A stretch of 64,000 nucleotides of DNA from an uncultured virus (IMG/VR IMGVR_UViG_3300010998_000812) (taxonomy: Duplodnaviria > Heunggongvirae > Uroviricota > Caudoviricetes): IMG/VR virus record IMGVR_UViG_3300010998_000812; one strand, written 5' to 3'. The position numbers were made by a program, and so were the translations under genes. Every line of letters starts with the position of its first letter. Within the stretch, counting starts at the first letter, position 1. The notes below the pieces were generated by a model, which worked only from the letters and a program-made list of their open reading frames with translations, was not told the origin of the DNA and ran no database searches. Below are positions 10,331 to 20,171 of the stretch, piece after piece.

Positions 10331-11242
10331 TTATTCTGACTTATGTCTATACTGGTTTGATAAAGGAAAATAATCAGGGATTAAATTAAGATCTATATTT
10401 CCTGTAGGAACATTCCCTGCCGAGCATCCTATTTGTTCACCAACGAACTGTAAAGCTTTTCTGTCGAGTATTTTTCCATTACAATCCTTACGCAAATACA
10501 TCCGTTCATCTTCATTATCAATATCCTCAATTTTTCTTGCGACTCGAAGATATAAAAGCGTGGCATACTGCCTTCTGAAATACTGTATTTTACAATCTCT
10601 GGCAACCTTAAGGAAAATATGCTCGCCGGGAGGTGTTTCACTGGCTTTCTCGGAAACAAAATTCTCAAACTCTTTAATGACAAGAGCTGTCCTTGCAACG
10701 CCGCGCTTACCTTTTGCGACCCTCACATACATATTCCCATCATCTCCGCGATATATATCTTCGGGACAAATAGAAGTAAGCTCTTTTTTAGTCAGACCTG
10801 TCGCTATACAAAAAGTGATGACATCGTTGTTTTTGCTGATCATATCCGGATGAGGAGCTGTTCTGCATCTTCTTATATTTACCCGACTACGATTAGGAAA
10901 TTCTATGCCGAAGGTGTTCACTTTACACCCGAACAGTTTGGCTAAAGATGAGATATAGGCACGTACAGACCATGCAGATAAACCTTCCCGCATCTTCTCC
11001 TCTGCGTATTCTTTTACATATTGCCTCATATCATCAATATCACAACACTCAGGATGCTTCTTTTCAACCCATTTAGCAAACACACAACATTCTTCTATGT
11101 ATTTTCTTTGTGTATCAGAAGCAAACTTGCTCGATATAGCATTATCTCTTGTTTCAACCGAAACTTCATCTATGCTATTCAAATAAAGAATGGACTGTAT
11201 TTTTTCTTTCGTTAAAAGTTCCAAAGATTTGTGTTCACACAT
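10331..11242 (-). CDS. Tyrosine-recombinase-fold protein, catalytic motifs degenerate
   Basis: ATGLTKKEL, KGKRG..R, IQYFRRQYA and QIGCS align with integrase boxes but lack the R, H and H/W residues. Confidence 0.65.
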   Translation of the reverse strand: MCEHKSLELLTKEKIQSILYLNSIDEVSVETRDNAISSKFASDTQRKYIEECCVFAKWVEKKHPECCDIDDMRQYVKEYAEEKMREGLSAWSVRAYISSLAKLFGCKVNTFGIEFPNRSRVNIRRCRTAPHPDMISKNNDVITFCIATGLTKKELTSICPEDIYRGDDGNMYVRVAKGKRGVARTALVIKEFENFVSEKASETPPGEHIFLKVARDCKIQYFRRQYATLLYLRVARKIEDIDNEDERMYLRKDCNGKILDRKALQFVGEQIGCSAGNVPTGNIDLNLIPDYFPLSNQYRHKSE

Positions 11243-11315
11243 AGATAACCCTCCCAAATCGGTATAATCAGAGGGAGATACTGCATAATTGCTTTCTCTC
11301 CCTCTTTCTTTGTTA

Positions 11316-12398
11316 TTATGCGTACGCCTCAGCTATCTTATCGAGCTGTAAGCAGTAGGATGTTACGCTGCCTGCCTTTCTATAGCCGGTCTTCTCACAC
11401 ACATACATTAGAGCCGTCTTATCAAGAAGAAGGGTGCCATTGTCGGTCTCAACAGGGAAGACATCCTTCTTGTCAGATATACCCTTCCCGTTTCTTGCCG
11501 TTCTTAAGTAGAGAATAGTAGCATAACTCTGGCGATACGTCTCATCGCCATCTTCTATCGGGATGGTCTTGAATACCTTTTCGAGAGGGCGGAGACCTTT
11601 CAGTTTGTTTTTGACCGTATCCTCATACTCTTCCAGAACGATTGCCTCTCTGTCAGGCATTCTTGTGTCACCCGGTACTCTGATGTATGTACGACCGTCC
11701 TTGCCTTTGAACACAGCTTTAGGACACAGCTTCTTCAGTTCATTGGTCTTAAGTCCTGTTCCTATACAGAAATCAACGAACTCGTCGAATTCGGATATCC
11801 TGTCAGATATAACAACGGGAGTTTCCTTTTTCTCAACAGAAGGTTTGTCTGAAGAAGCAGAAGCAACAACTGCGTCAGGTTTTGAGGCTAAAGGCGCGGC
11901 TACAGAAGCAGACTTGGGTGCTTTTTCCGACTTGGAAGCGGCGAGTTCGGTATTCATCACAGGCTTGGAAGCTGTCTTGGCAGCAGATATGGGAGGAGCC
12001 ATTTCGATAACAGCTGACTTAACACTTGCTTTAGGCGTATCTGCCTCTTTGCCGTCATCAAAGAAGTCCGTCATCTTGCACTTATAAAGTACAGCGAGCA
12101 TCGAAGCGTATGTGCCGAGCTGCCAATCCGTAACACCTTCTCCTGTCTTTTTCTTAAGGAAAGCGTCTGTGTACCGGCGAGCATCTTCCAGTCTCTTACA
12201 GTGAGGAACCTGAACTTTCAGCCACGCAATATATTCCTGAGCCAGCTCCTTGTAATGGTCAAAGGTCTTTCTGTCGTATATAGCGTCAGGAAAAGCCTTG
12301 CCGCGCCATTCCGTAAAGGTCTTGGTAGAGCAGCCTATCCTCGAACCCTCATTGATAACTTTTCTCATCTGATGTCTTAATGTTTCGTTCTTACTCAT
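11316..12398 (-). CDS. Tyrosine-recombinase-fold paralog, catalytic motifs degenerate
   Basis: GTGLKTNEL, ETYRQSYA, KTGYRK. Similar to 10331-11242 with an Ala/Ser/Pro/Lys-rich linker. Confidence 0.65.
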   Translation of the reverse strand: MSKNETLRHQMRKVINEGSRIGCSTKTFTEWRGKAFPDAIYDRKTFDHYKELAQEYIAWLKVQVPHCKRLEDARRYTDAFLKKKTGEGVTDWQLGTYASMLAVLYKCKMTDFFDDGKEADTPKASVKSAVIEMAPPISAAKTASKPVMNTELAASKSEKAPKSASVAAPLASKPDAVVASASSDKPSVEKKETPVVISDRISEFDEFVDFCIGTGLKTNELKKLCPKAVFKGKDGRTYIRVPGDTRMPDREAIVLEEYEDTVKNKLKGLRPLEKVFKTIPIEDGDETYRQSYATILYLRTARNGKGISDKKDVFPVETDNGTLLLDKTALMYVCEKTGYRKAGSVTSYCLQLDKIAEAYA

Positions 12399-12442
12399 AG
12401 TCGTCTTCCTTTCGTTGAATAAATTGAATACATCTCTCGTCG

Positions 12443-12826
12443 TCAAAAATGCGTATATCTCGCTCTCCGGGCAAGAGAATGAGATGCTGAGTACCTGTCT
12501 ATAACCGACATAGGCAGAGTATTGCCGCAGGCATCGGTCTTGAAATCGTTAAGCACATCTCCTATAAGATCCGAAAGCGTAGTACCGGAAAGATTATCCG
12601 GAGTACAGTGTCCTTTGTCTGTAAACCACATTGTATATATACCGTTATACGAATCAATGATACCCGCGTTTACCCCTTTGGCATCTAAAAGGATACCGTA
12701 AACGGGTGTTCCGGGCGTATCATCTTTATAGAATGCGGCTACATCGAAATGTTTTCCCTCAAGGATTACGCTCTTGTATCCCCTTGCTCTTATAGCCTCG
12801 TCAACTTTATCAATTATCTTCTCCAT
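12443..12826 (-). CDS. Hypothetical protein (paralog of 13638-14027)
   Basis: Shared pattern ME.I....I..RG...FY..D.P..PVYGI. Confidence 0.65.
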   Translation of the reverse strand: MEKIIDKVDEAIRARGYKSVILEGKHFDVAAFYKDDTPGTPVYGILLDAKGVNAGIIDSYNGIYTMWFTDKGHCTPDNLSGTTLSDLIGDVLNDFKTDACGNTLPMSVIDRYSASHSLARRARYTHF

Positions 12827-13625
12827 TGTTTTCCTCCTCGAACAGTCTGTGCTGCTCTATATATTTGTTTATTACGAACGGTATGCGCTTTGCATCGAAC
12901 GTATATGTTGTTTGAAAGGCAGAAAGTCCGTATCTGTCTGTACAAGACTTAAGTTCTTCAATAGCATCATAGAGAAGTTTCCTATACGCCTCTATCGTAA
13001 ATGTCTTAACCGGAATCTGACCCGCTGCCCACTGTACATAAGCTGCATTACGTTCAGCTATCACTCCTACATAGACAGTTTTCTTTGTTATAACTGCGCT
13101 GTGTATGATGCCGCCTTCCTCAGCATTGTAAGATACAATCAGATGTCCGGTTGCCGTCACGCACTCTTGGTTACTAAGCTTGTTTTCATTTGAAAAGCTG
13201 CGTATATCTTCAGCTATATCCATTGAGTTTTTGAAAATCTCCGTCTTTTCGGGAACAAAGTGTTCCTCATAGAACTTTCCAATTATAACTGCCGGGTCTT
13301 CATGGACAGAAAGATGAGGTACTGACCAACTTAAGCGGTCGTTGATTTTGGAGACGGGAGAAAGGAAAAATTCCTTGATTTCCCAATACTTCTTTTGATA
13401 GAACTTATATTGAGTCTTTCTGCGGTATACACAGCCTAAATATATGTAACATGGATTCTTCTCGCATTTGAAAGCATACACTATTTCATTCTCTCCGCAC
13501 GGGTAGCCGAAAAGAATATATATTTCTTTGTCTGCGGGCAGTATTACAGGAGAATAGCCCATCTGCTTTACCTTTTCGGCAATCAGTACACTGTACTGAC
13601 TTGTATTCATATGACCTTTATTCAT
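12810..13625 (-). CDS. Hypothetical protein
   Basis: 271-aa ORF in an operon, N-terminus weakly similar to the flanking paralogs. Confidence 0.65.
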   Translation of the reverse strand: MNKGHMNTSQYSVLIAEKVKQMGYSPVILPADKEIYILFGYPCGENEIVYAFKCEKNPCYIYLGCVYRRKTQYKFYQKKYWEIKEFFLSPVSKINDRLSWSVPHLSVHEDPAVIIGKFYEEHFVPEKTEIFKNSMDIAEDIRSFSNENKLSNQECVTATGHLIVSYNAEEGGIIHSAVITKKTVYVGVIAERNAAYVQWAAGQIPVKTFTIEAYRKLLYDAIEELKSCTDRYGLSAFQTTYTFDAKRIPFVINKYIEQHRLFEEENNGEDN

Positions 13626-13637
13626 CTTGCATTCTCC

Positions 13638-14027
13638 TTATCTGCGTCCGGCAAGGAAATCGGACACTATATATCCCGCATTTTCGAACTCGAACTGTAT
13701 CCTGCTTTCAGGCGGCGTTGCCTGAATATCCTCCCATTTCATTGTTTCCACCCTCTCTTTGGTGTGTATGAACATCTCATCGAAAACCCTGAATGAGAAA
13801 CGTGCCGTACTGCATATAAGACAGGGTTCGAATGAATATCCATACCTGTTACGGGTAACAAAACCGGTCTTTACGCCGCTGTTCGTGACCTTTATGCCGT
13901 ACACAGGCACTCTGGGCATATCTTTTTCATAAAACATCATGTACGTTTCGTCTCCGCCGGGACGTATCATCGTCTCGAAGCCTCTGCGCTTAAGTGTTGA
14001 TATTATCTCATTCAGTATGCTTTCCAT
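13638..14027 (-). CDS. Hypothetical protein (paralog of 12443-12826)
   Basis: RBS GAAAGGA, shared N-terminal motif. Confidence 0.65.
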   Translation of the reverse strand: MESILNEIISTLKRRGFETMIRPGGDETYMMFYEKDMPRVPVYGIKVTNSGVKTGFVTRNRYGYSFEPCLICSTARFSFRVFDEMFIHTKERVETMKWEDIQATPPESRIQFEFENAGYIVSDFLAGRR

Positions 14028-14082
14028 TAAATATGATTCCTTTCGATTTTATCTTTCCTGCAATAATGTATATAACATTGCG

Positions 14083-14274
14083 CTATATAAGCGTTCCTGT
14101 ATAATTGACGGACAGAGGTTTATTGCACACCATTAAGTAAGGGGCTATATCCTCGCTGTCCGCATCTTCATGATCTTCAAGTTTTTGTCCTATGTATGTT
14201 TCATAGCTATCAAGGACGCGGGCTATGTAAAAACAGATGAGACCGACGATTATTACAACTGTTGCAGCAGACAT
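14083..14274 (-). CDS. Small membrane protein
   Basis: N-terminal transmembrane helix, RBS AGGAGAGG. Confidence 0.55.
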   Translation of the reverse strand: MSAATVVIIVGLICFYIARVLDSYETYIGQKLEDHEDADSEDIAPYLMVCNKPLSVNYTGTLI

Positions 14275-14277
14275 ATC

Positions 14278-14916
14278 TTATCCTCTCCTGCCTCTGATAC
14301 GCAGATCGAGCTGTTCAGGGTCTTTCTTGCCGAGAAGCTTAGTAACATACTGCTGTACATTCTTATAGTTGTCATCCTTGGCGTCGGTAAATCTTACCCC
14401 ATACTGGTGTGAGTTGTGTACATCTCCTGCAAAGCGGACGATCTCACCTTCGCCTTCATATATACCTAAGCCGGAAGAAGAGGAAAGAGAGAACCGAAGC
14501 TTGACTTTATCGTGAACATTGAATTCTGAGTTTGATTTAAGCAGTACGCCGCTAATCGAGATGTTCATTATCGTAGCGTTGATGTTCTCTGCACCGGGGA
14601 CGCTTATAGCAGAAGGAATTACCGATGTAACCCTCTCATCTCTTCTGCGTTCCACGCCGGTAAGGAGACGAAGCTCTGTCAGCACCACAGCACTGTCGTC
14701 ATACGAAACAACCGTTCCTTCATATACCTCAAGTGTGTCTCCTTTGCCGTTTATGAGGATAGCTACCGTCTTGATGTAATCAAGGTTCTTGCTTAAGTCT
14801 GAGCAATTGACGAGCAGCTTATCGTCGGCGGATACAGCCACTGTTCCAATTCCGAGAATAGTGTCATCTTTAATATGCTTTATTGTTGCAGTTGTGCCTG
14901 TAGTAATGTTGCACAT
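14278..14916 (-). CDS. PilZ-domain protein (c-di-GMP receptor)
   Basis: ERRRDER (RxxxR), NISISG (D/NxSxxG) and YGVRF. Confidence 0.85.
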   Translation of the reverse strand: MCNITTGTTATIKHIKDDTILGIGTVAVSADDKLLVNCSDLSKNLDYIKTVAILINGKGDTLEVYEGTVVSYDDSAVVLTELRLLTGVERRRDERVTSVIPSAISVPGAENINATIMNISISGVLLKSNSEFNVHDKVKLRFSLSSSSGLGIYEGEGEIVRFAGDVHNSHQYGVRFTDAKDDNYKNVQQYVTKLLGKKDPEQLDLRIRGRRG

Positions 14917-14956
14917 ATTTATTTCTCCTTTTTTATATTCAAATTCTAATCTCCTA

Positions 14957-15104
14957 TCTCCCACTTCTATAAGCGTTTACCGGAATACTATGGCAAAATT
15001 AACCTTGGTGAGAGTTAACACCGATATAGATGCCACTTCCTCGGCTACGGATATTATAATCCAGCGCCAAGCTTACGTCACCACAAGGACATCAAGCTGC
15101 CCCG
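14957..15104 (-). ncRNA. Dispersed structured leader motif, minus-strand copy with ~38-nt insert
   Basis: Reverse complement reads CGGGGCAGCTTGATGTCCTTG..GAAGT..AACTCTCACCAAGGTTAAT..ATAGTATTCC..GTGGGAGA, upstream of the PilZ gene. Confidence 0.8.
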
Positions 15105-15227
15105 TAGGTCACATAATCATCTGCGACCATCGTTTATAATAGTATGATTTCTCAGGCAGAAAACCCTCAGCTTATACCTTTCGTACACATTATTTTCTTA
15201 TATGCTTGTCCTTATTTTTCATACCTA

Positions 15228-15387
15228 TTGACATTCACTTCAAAACATGGTATATTATTATCAAGGCAAACGATGACAAAACAGCTTCGTTGCTGAACTT
15301 TCTTTTTACAGGGTAATAGGTTTTGCGACAGATCACACAATCACCTCCAACACACTAACAGCTCTCACCGTGAGGGCTGTTTTGTTT
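15228..15387 (+). ncRNA. Promoter-sRNA-terminator unit 1
   Basis: TTGACA-17-TATATT, ATCACCTCC, terminator AACAGCTCTCA..TGAGGGCTGTTTT. Confidence 0.6.
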
Positions 15388-15440
15388 ATATAGCGACTTG
15401 AGTCTCGTACACACCTTTGAAACAAAATAAAGAAAATATA

Positions 15441-15580
15441 TTGACATTTCGCGTAAAAATGATATAATATAAACAAGGCAGAGTTTATTCGATTGTCTCT
15501 GCTGAAATTTTGTGTCAATATTTTGGGTTTGGCTCCTTTCTAAAGAAACTCCTCGATTACTCCAGCGGGGAGTTTTCTTT
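15441..15580 (+). ncRNA. Promoter-sRNA-terminator unit 2
   Basis: TTGACA-16-TATAAT, 5' hairpin GCAGAG/CTCTGC, CTCCTTTC, terminator. Confidence 0.6.
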
Positions 15581-15618
15581 GGGTCAAGGATGCGGCTTGT
15601 CCTTATTTTCTAAAACTA

Positions 15619-15780
15619 TTGACTCTGAAACAGAACAATGATATAATATATATAAGGTCAAATGACGGCGCTTGACCGAATTTTCTTCTTATTTTTTCTA
15701 ATTTTCTTTATTCTTTTTACCTTCTTTCGCTCATGTCTTTAACCGAAGAAAGGCTCTTCATTCAGGAAGGGTCTTTTTTC
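15619..15780 (+). ncRNA. Promoter-sRNA-terminator unit 3
   Basis: TTGACT-17-TATAAT, hairpin GGTCAA/TTGACC, pyrimidine tract, terminator. Confidence 0.6.
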
Positions 15781-15787
15781 ATTTCAC

Positions 15788-15895
15788 TTGAAATATTTGT
15801 TTTCTTATATTATAATAATAGATGTAAAGATCATATCTTTACAAATTTTCTCTCAACACCGGAAGCCCGCGTAAACAGCGGGTTTCTTCTTTTTT
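15788..15895 (+). ncRNA. Promoter-sRNA-terminator unit 4
   Basis: TTGAAA-17-TATAAT, hairpin TGTAAAGAT/ATCTTTACA, terminator GAAGCCCGC..GCGGGTTTC. Confidence 0.55.
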
Positions 15896-16002
15896 ACGCA
15901 AAACGTCAATATAATATAAACAAAATCCCGCTGATAAAACCTTCATAATTTGTGCAAAACGCAGAATGTTGAGCTTTAAGAAGATAAATTTACTTAAGAT
16001 GC

Positions 16003-16190
16003 TTGACTTTTTCATTTTATATGGTATAATCTGCTTAAGGTGCGAGAATAGAAGATGCTTGCAACCTTTGCTTGAAGGCAATGAAATCGGCTCTTGAAGT
16101 CGGTATGTGTGAGAAAGCATCAAGATATGATGTTCGTTCTTAAGAAGAGGTAAGAAATAGGCTGTGATATCTTTACAGCCTTTTTTCTTT
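16003..16190 (+). ncRNA. Promoter-sRNA-terminator unit 5
   Basis: TTGACT-16-TATAAT, terminator AGGCTGT..ACAGCCTTTTTT. Confidence 0.55.
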
Positions 16191-16341
16191 CTAAAAGCAA
16201 AATATGAGTGATCGTGCTGCGGATGACATCGGGAATTGCACCGAATGCCGGACTTGCGAAGCCCGCTGCCCAATGAGCCCCTGCGGGGGCTCTTTTGTTC
16301 GCCTAAAATGTCGCTCATACACAGAATTGAAAGAAAATCTA

Positions 16342-16466
16342 TTGACATTTTCGCGAAAACATGATACAATACATACATAGAGTTAATCTCAACCTCTTGA
16401 GATCGTCTAACTCAAAAAACATCCAACCAGCGAAAGGGATCACGGCGGCTACCGTGGTCTTTTTTG
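16342..16466 (+). ncRNA. Promoter-sRNA-terminator unit 6
   Basis: TTGACA-17-TACAAT, hairpin ATCTCAA/TTGAGAT, terminator GATCACGG..CCGTGGTCTTTTT. Confidence 0.6.
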
Positions 16467-16583
16467 TTAATACGGAGCAAAATATGATGTGTACAAGAAG
16501 CATAAGTTTACGGTTTTCCTCGCCGTAAATCATACTATTTATGAGACCTCGTAGTGAGGCGAATTTTTAAGGAGGAATAACAA

Positions 16584-17918
16584 ATGAACAACAGAGAGTC
16601 AACCCTGAACATCGTCTGCACCATAGCTTTTCTTATCGGTGTACGGCAGGATACTATTGACCTGCATTACGGCGGTGAATGCGGAGAGCTTATCAAATCT
16701 CTGGAAGGGAATAAGGATGCGGTTAACATCAGAAGCCTTTGCAGACTAAGGACAAGCTTAATGCAGAATTTCAGGAAAACGGACAATGAGCTGCGGTACA
16801 ACATGAACAACATCAACCGGCAGGAATGGTTTCCGCAGGATGCCATCAGAGCACTGGAACGCAACGGCATCTATCCCATCCTCGCCAATAAGCTTGCTAC
16901 CGACTATAATGTATTCTTCGGAAAGAAGATAATCGAACTCATCGACAAGTGCAAGCCTTTGTTCCCAAGTTGGGTGGAATGGAAATACATATTAGCTTTG
17001 TTTGTTCAGCATAAGATCGACGATGTAAATACTCAGAAGAGAGAATTCGAGAAGTATAAGGGTAATATCAATAACTACCCCTTCCAGTGCTATATCATTT
17101 GGGAGCCCTCGGATATCGGCAATTGGCTTCAGAACGATAATAAGTTCCTCGGACACCTTTATAAGATGAATGGTGTGAAGTTCACCGACAGCGATAAGTG
17201 TCAGACTGTAAAGGCAGAGGTAAAGGACGGCATCTACGATTTTATCAATGACAGCGACAATACCGTGCTTGTAGTTGATTGTGAGAACAGTGATGTATTC
17301 AAGCTCTACAGCGTGCTTAAGAGCTGCAACAAAGACGAGATCAATAAGATCAGCAAGATAATGCTCTTTGACGACGAACACACATCAAGCGGATGGGATC
17401 ATATCAGCGATTACATCGATATTCCGGTAGAGCACCTCATGGTAGACAGAGTTATGGACCGCAAATCTCTCGTAGATATCAAGGTAACTGCGGGTGTATG
17501 CAAGGAATTCTATCAGAACGGAACATCCTCGTTTATACTCTTCTCCAGCGACTCTGATTATTGGGGGCTTATATCCTCTCTCCCTGATGCAAAGTTTATG
17601 GTGATGGTCGAAAGCATCAAGTTCGGCAAGGATACCAAGGCGACACTTGAGAAGAATAATGTAAGCTACTGCTGTATAGATGAGTTCTGCACCGGCAATA
17701 TCGAAGAACTGAAGCACTCCATTCTCCTCGAAAAACTCAACGAAGAGCTTCCCAAGCTCATTAACCGTAACGGATATGAACTTGCAAGGTCACTTTACAA
17801 CAGAGCCCACTTTGAGGCAAACGAGAACGAAATCAAGAACTTCTATGAGAAGTATATAAGAACCCTGAAGCTCTCCTTCGACAGCGAAGGCAATATCACG
17901 CTCGTAGCAAGCAAGTAA
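16584..17918 (+). CDS. NYN-domain (PIN-like) protein
   Basis: LVVDCENS..KSLVD..LFSSDSDY acidic motifs. Confidence 0.75.
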   Translation: MNNRESTLNIVCTIAFLIGVRQDTIDLHYGGECGELIKSLEGNKDAVNIRSLCRLRTSLMQNFRKTDNELRYNMNNINRQEWFPQDAIRALERNGIYPILANKLATDYNVFFGKKIIELIDKCKPLFPSWVEWKYILALFVQHKIDDVNTQKREFEKYKGNINNYPFQCYIIWEPSDIGNWLQNDNKFLGHLYKMNGVKFTDSDKCQTVKAEVKDGIYDFINDSDNTVLVVDCENSDVFKLYSVLKSCNKDEINKISKIMLFDDEHTSSGWDHISDYIDIPVEHLMVDRVMDRKSLVDIKVTAGVCKEFYQNGTSSFILFSSDSDYWGLISSLPDAKFMVMVESIKFGKDTKATLEKNNVSYCCIDEFCTGNIEELKHSILLEKLNEELPKLINRNGYELARSLYNRAHFEANENEIKNFYEKYIRTLKLSFDSEGNITLVASK

Positions 17919-18352
17919 CAGTAAAAAGGATACCGGCGGGTGTATCTGCATCCGCCGTATTCCGAAGATGTTTTCACTTAAGGAGATTTTGACCATCAAC
18001 TACATTTTCAGTCAGCCAATATCGAAAAAAGTCGTCAAAAACTAAGGCTTTTTGTTCTAATATTTTTCGTACACATCTATTTTGAAGTGAAAAATCATAA
18101 CAAATGACAGCAGCTCAAAGTGGGATAACAATCATCGACGGTCTTATGACAGCAGTTGACAAAGTGGGCAAATTTAAGAGTTAATACTTAAGGGAAAAAT
18201 ACGAAAAGTCGGATTTTCCTGCATTGATCTTTTTGAAAAAATAAGACTTAAAACAACCACAAACAAGCATTATTAAAGCATTTATTCGACTTAAGATGAA
18301 AACGAAAAGGAAAACTGTAAATTTGTGGGACTATGGAGAGGAGGCAAGAGTT

Positions 18353-18691
18353 ATGGCGTTCGGAACGTATTTGAATGATATGCTTAACAAGAAGGGTATG
18401 TCGCAGAGCGAATTAGCTACTAAAGCAGGGATGAACAAAGCTACCCTAAGTACGATAATAAAGAAGGATACAGATAAGATAAGCATCGGGCTATTTTTCA
18501 AGATATGTGATGCTCTCGAATGCTCACCCATCATATTCAAAAATTATTATAAAATGGACAACCTTGACCCGGATGCTAAAGAATTTCTCCGCTTATATAA
18601 TATGGCAAACGATAAAGGAAAGGATCTAATAGCAGCTCTTGTGATAGGATTATCCGCAAATCCGAAGTACAGAAAGGAAACAAAAGAATGA
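18353..18691 (+). CDS. XRE-family HTH regulator
   Basis: KKGMSQSELATKAGMNKATLSTI..ICDALEC. Confidence 0.85.
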   Translation: MAFGTYLNDMLNKKGMSQSELATKAGMNKATLSTIIKKDTDKISIGLFFKICDALECSPIIFKNYYKMDNLDPDAKEFLRLYNMANDKGKDLIAALVIGLSANPKYRKETKE

Positions 18692-19323
18692 GACAGTTAA
18701 TAATAGTAAGGAAAGACCTTAATATGGGTATAGGGAAGCTTGCGGCTCAGTGCTGCCATGCGAGCAACGCATATTTTATGCACCTGTTTAAAGGAAGAGA
18801 GGAGTGGCTAAGCCGTACTCCGGTCGAGCCTTACGCGGCACACCTTGCAGTTGACGAAGACGGGAAACCCGCCCTTTATAGACTGAATGAACTTTCAGAA
18901 TATGCTCAGAGAGCTGTAAACGAAGGAAAGGTGATATTCTTCACCAAGTTTGTACCCCATGAAGAGGGGAGCAAGTTCGGCAAGCTCGAATGGGCAGACC
19001 CGGAAGAGGTTAAGTTCGTATACAGCGGCAAGGTCATCATTCCATCAGATGTGTATGAGAACTGGGTCAATGATATCTACACAAAAACGGTATGCGAGGC
19101 AAAGACTAAGAACCATCTGCTTAAGGCGGTAGCAGCGGCACAGGAGCTTGGATTGCGGGAAGATGAAGATTTCTTCCTTATCAAGGACAGATGTCTTACC
19201 GAACTTGAGCCTGAAGAAACAGATGAGAACGGTGTGGGATATACGCTGACCTGTATTGGGTTCAAGCCGCTTGAAGATGAAATAGCCCACACCATAAGCA
19301 AGAAATATCAGCTTTTGAAGTGA
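18688..19323 (+). CDS. Peptidyl-tRNA hydrolase, Pth2 family, with a large insertion
   Basis: QLIIVRKDLNMGIGKLAAQCCHAS..IKDRCLTE..TCIGFKP. Confidence 0.8.
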   Translation: MRQLIIVRKDLNMGIGKLAAQCCHASNAYFMHLFKGREEWLSRTPVEPYAAHLAVDEDGKPALYRLNELSEYAQRAVNEGKVIFFTKFVPHEEGSKFGKLEWADPEEVKFVYSGKVIIPSDVYENWVNDIYTKTVCEAKTKNHLLKAVAAAQELGLREDEDFFLIKDRCLTELEPEETDENGVGYTLTCIGFKPLEDEIAHTISKKYQLLK

Positions 19324-19399
19324 TCAGCGTAAAGGCTTTGCTTCGGTATTGAAATTCCACGAAATATATGTTATAATAGTATATACAACAAACATTATT

Positions 19400-19510
19400 C
19401 GGGGCGGCTCGACGCCCTTGTGACGACGAAGTACCTATCAAGTATAGGCAACTCTCGTTAAGGTCAATTCCTGTATAGTATTCCGCAGGACGCTTGCGAA
19501 AGCGCGAGAA
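19400..19510 (+). ncRNA. Dispersed structured leader motif copy
   Basis: CGGGGCGGCTCGACGCCCTTG..GAAGT..AACTCTCGTTAAGGTCAAT..ATAGTATTCC..GCGAGAA, after a TTGAAA-17-TATAAT promoter. Confidence 0.85.
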
Positions 19511-19563
19511 AGTTGATTGGCTTCGACTTATTGCCCTCAAAAAGACACAAAAGGAGAGAGAAT

Positions 19564-20016
19564 ATGCCTAAAAAGAAGAAAATAATGGGAATAATAGACT
19601 GTGAACGCAAAGGAAATGTAGTAAGGTTCACCATCGGAGATGTTACAGAAAACTATAACGGTGACGATTGGGACGACAAATACTATGCTTCCAACGCAGG
19701 TTCTGTTTACTCCGAATACGTGGATCATTATGTCGATATAGCTTTCCCGTTCGACTGCGATGTATTTGAACCGGATGAAGACAATGTATCCCGCGATGAC
19801 ATGAAAGCAAGGTTAGTCCCTTGCCTTGTTGTACTTCCTAATAAGGTCAGGAAGAATAGAGGATACTATTATTATAGCTACAGTTCTCTAATGCAGGCAG
19901 GCGAACCGGTGATAAAGTTTTATTTCGGAGATGTTATCGACGAAGAGAAGCTTAAGACAGAATTTGACGCTCTCACAATGACACAGCGAATCAAAGTAAA
20001 CTACGAGCTGGTGTGA
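19564..20016 (+). CDS. Hypothetical protein
   Basis: RBS AGGAG, F.IG...YNGDDWDD..Y..NAG.VY pattern. Confidence 0.7.
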   Translation: MPKKKKIMGIIDCERKGNVVRFTIGDVTENYNGDDWDDKYYASNAGSVYSEYVDHYVDIAFPFDCDVFEPDEDNVSRDDMKARLVPCLVVLPNKVRKNRGYYYYSYSSLMQAGEPVIKFYFGDVIDEEKLKTEFDALTMTQRIKVNYELV

Positions 20017-20171
20017 TGCAGTCAAACACAAGATATGTACGACAGAGCTGGTTACAACCCTGCTTATTCTGTACACAAATCCTTTTTTACCGGATACCGC
20101 CGTAAAGTCCCTGCCTTTAGGCATGGGGAGTGTCAAAAATGTGCGTATTAGTTGTTGCAAAGGAGAAGCAA

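Noticed and set aside
15839..16533. Minus-strand ORFs across the sRNA array
   Set aside because: They have atypical composition and no RBS, and they cross several promoters and terminators.
19400..19510. Motif as an HDV-like/theta or hammerhead ribozyme
   Set aside because: The 3' GG-stem-CGAG end is superficially HDV-like, but the P1/P3/L3 nesting cannot be built, and there is no CUGAUGA/GAAA core.
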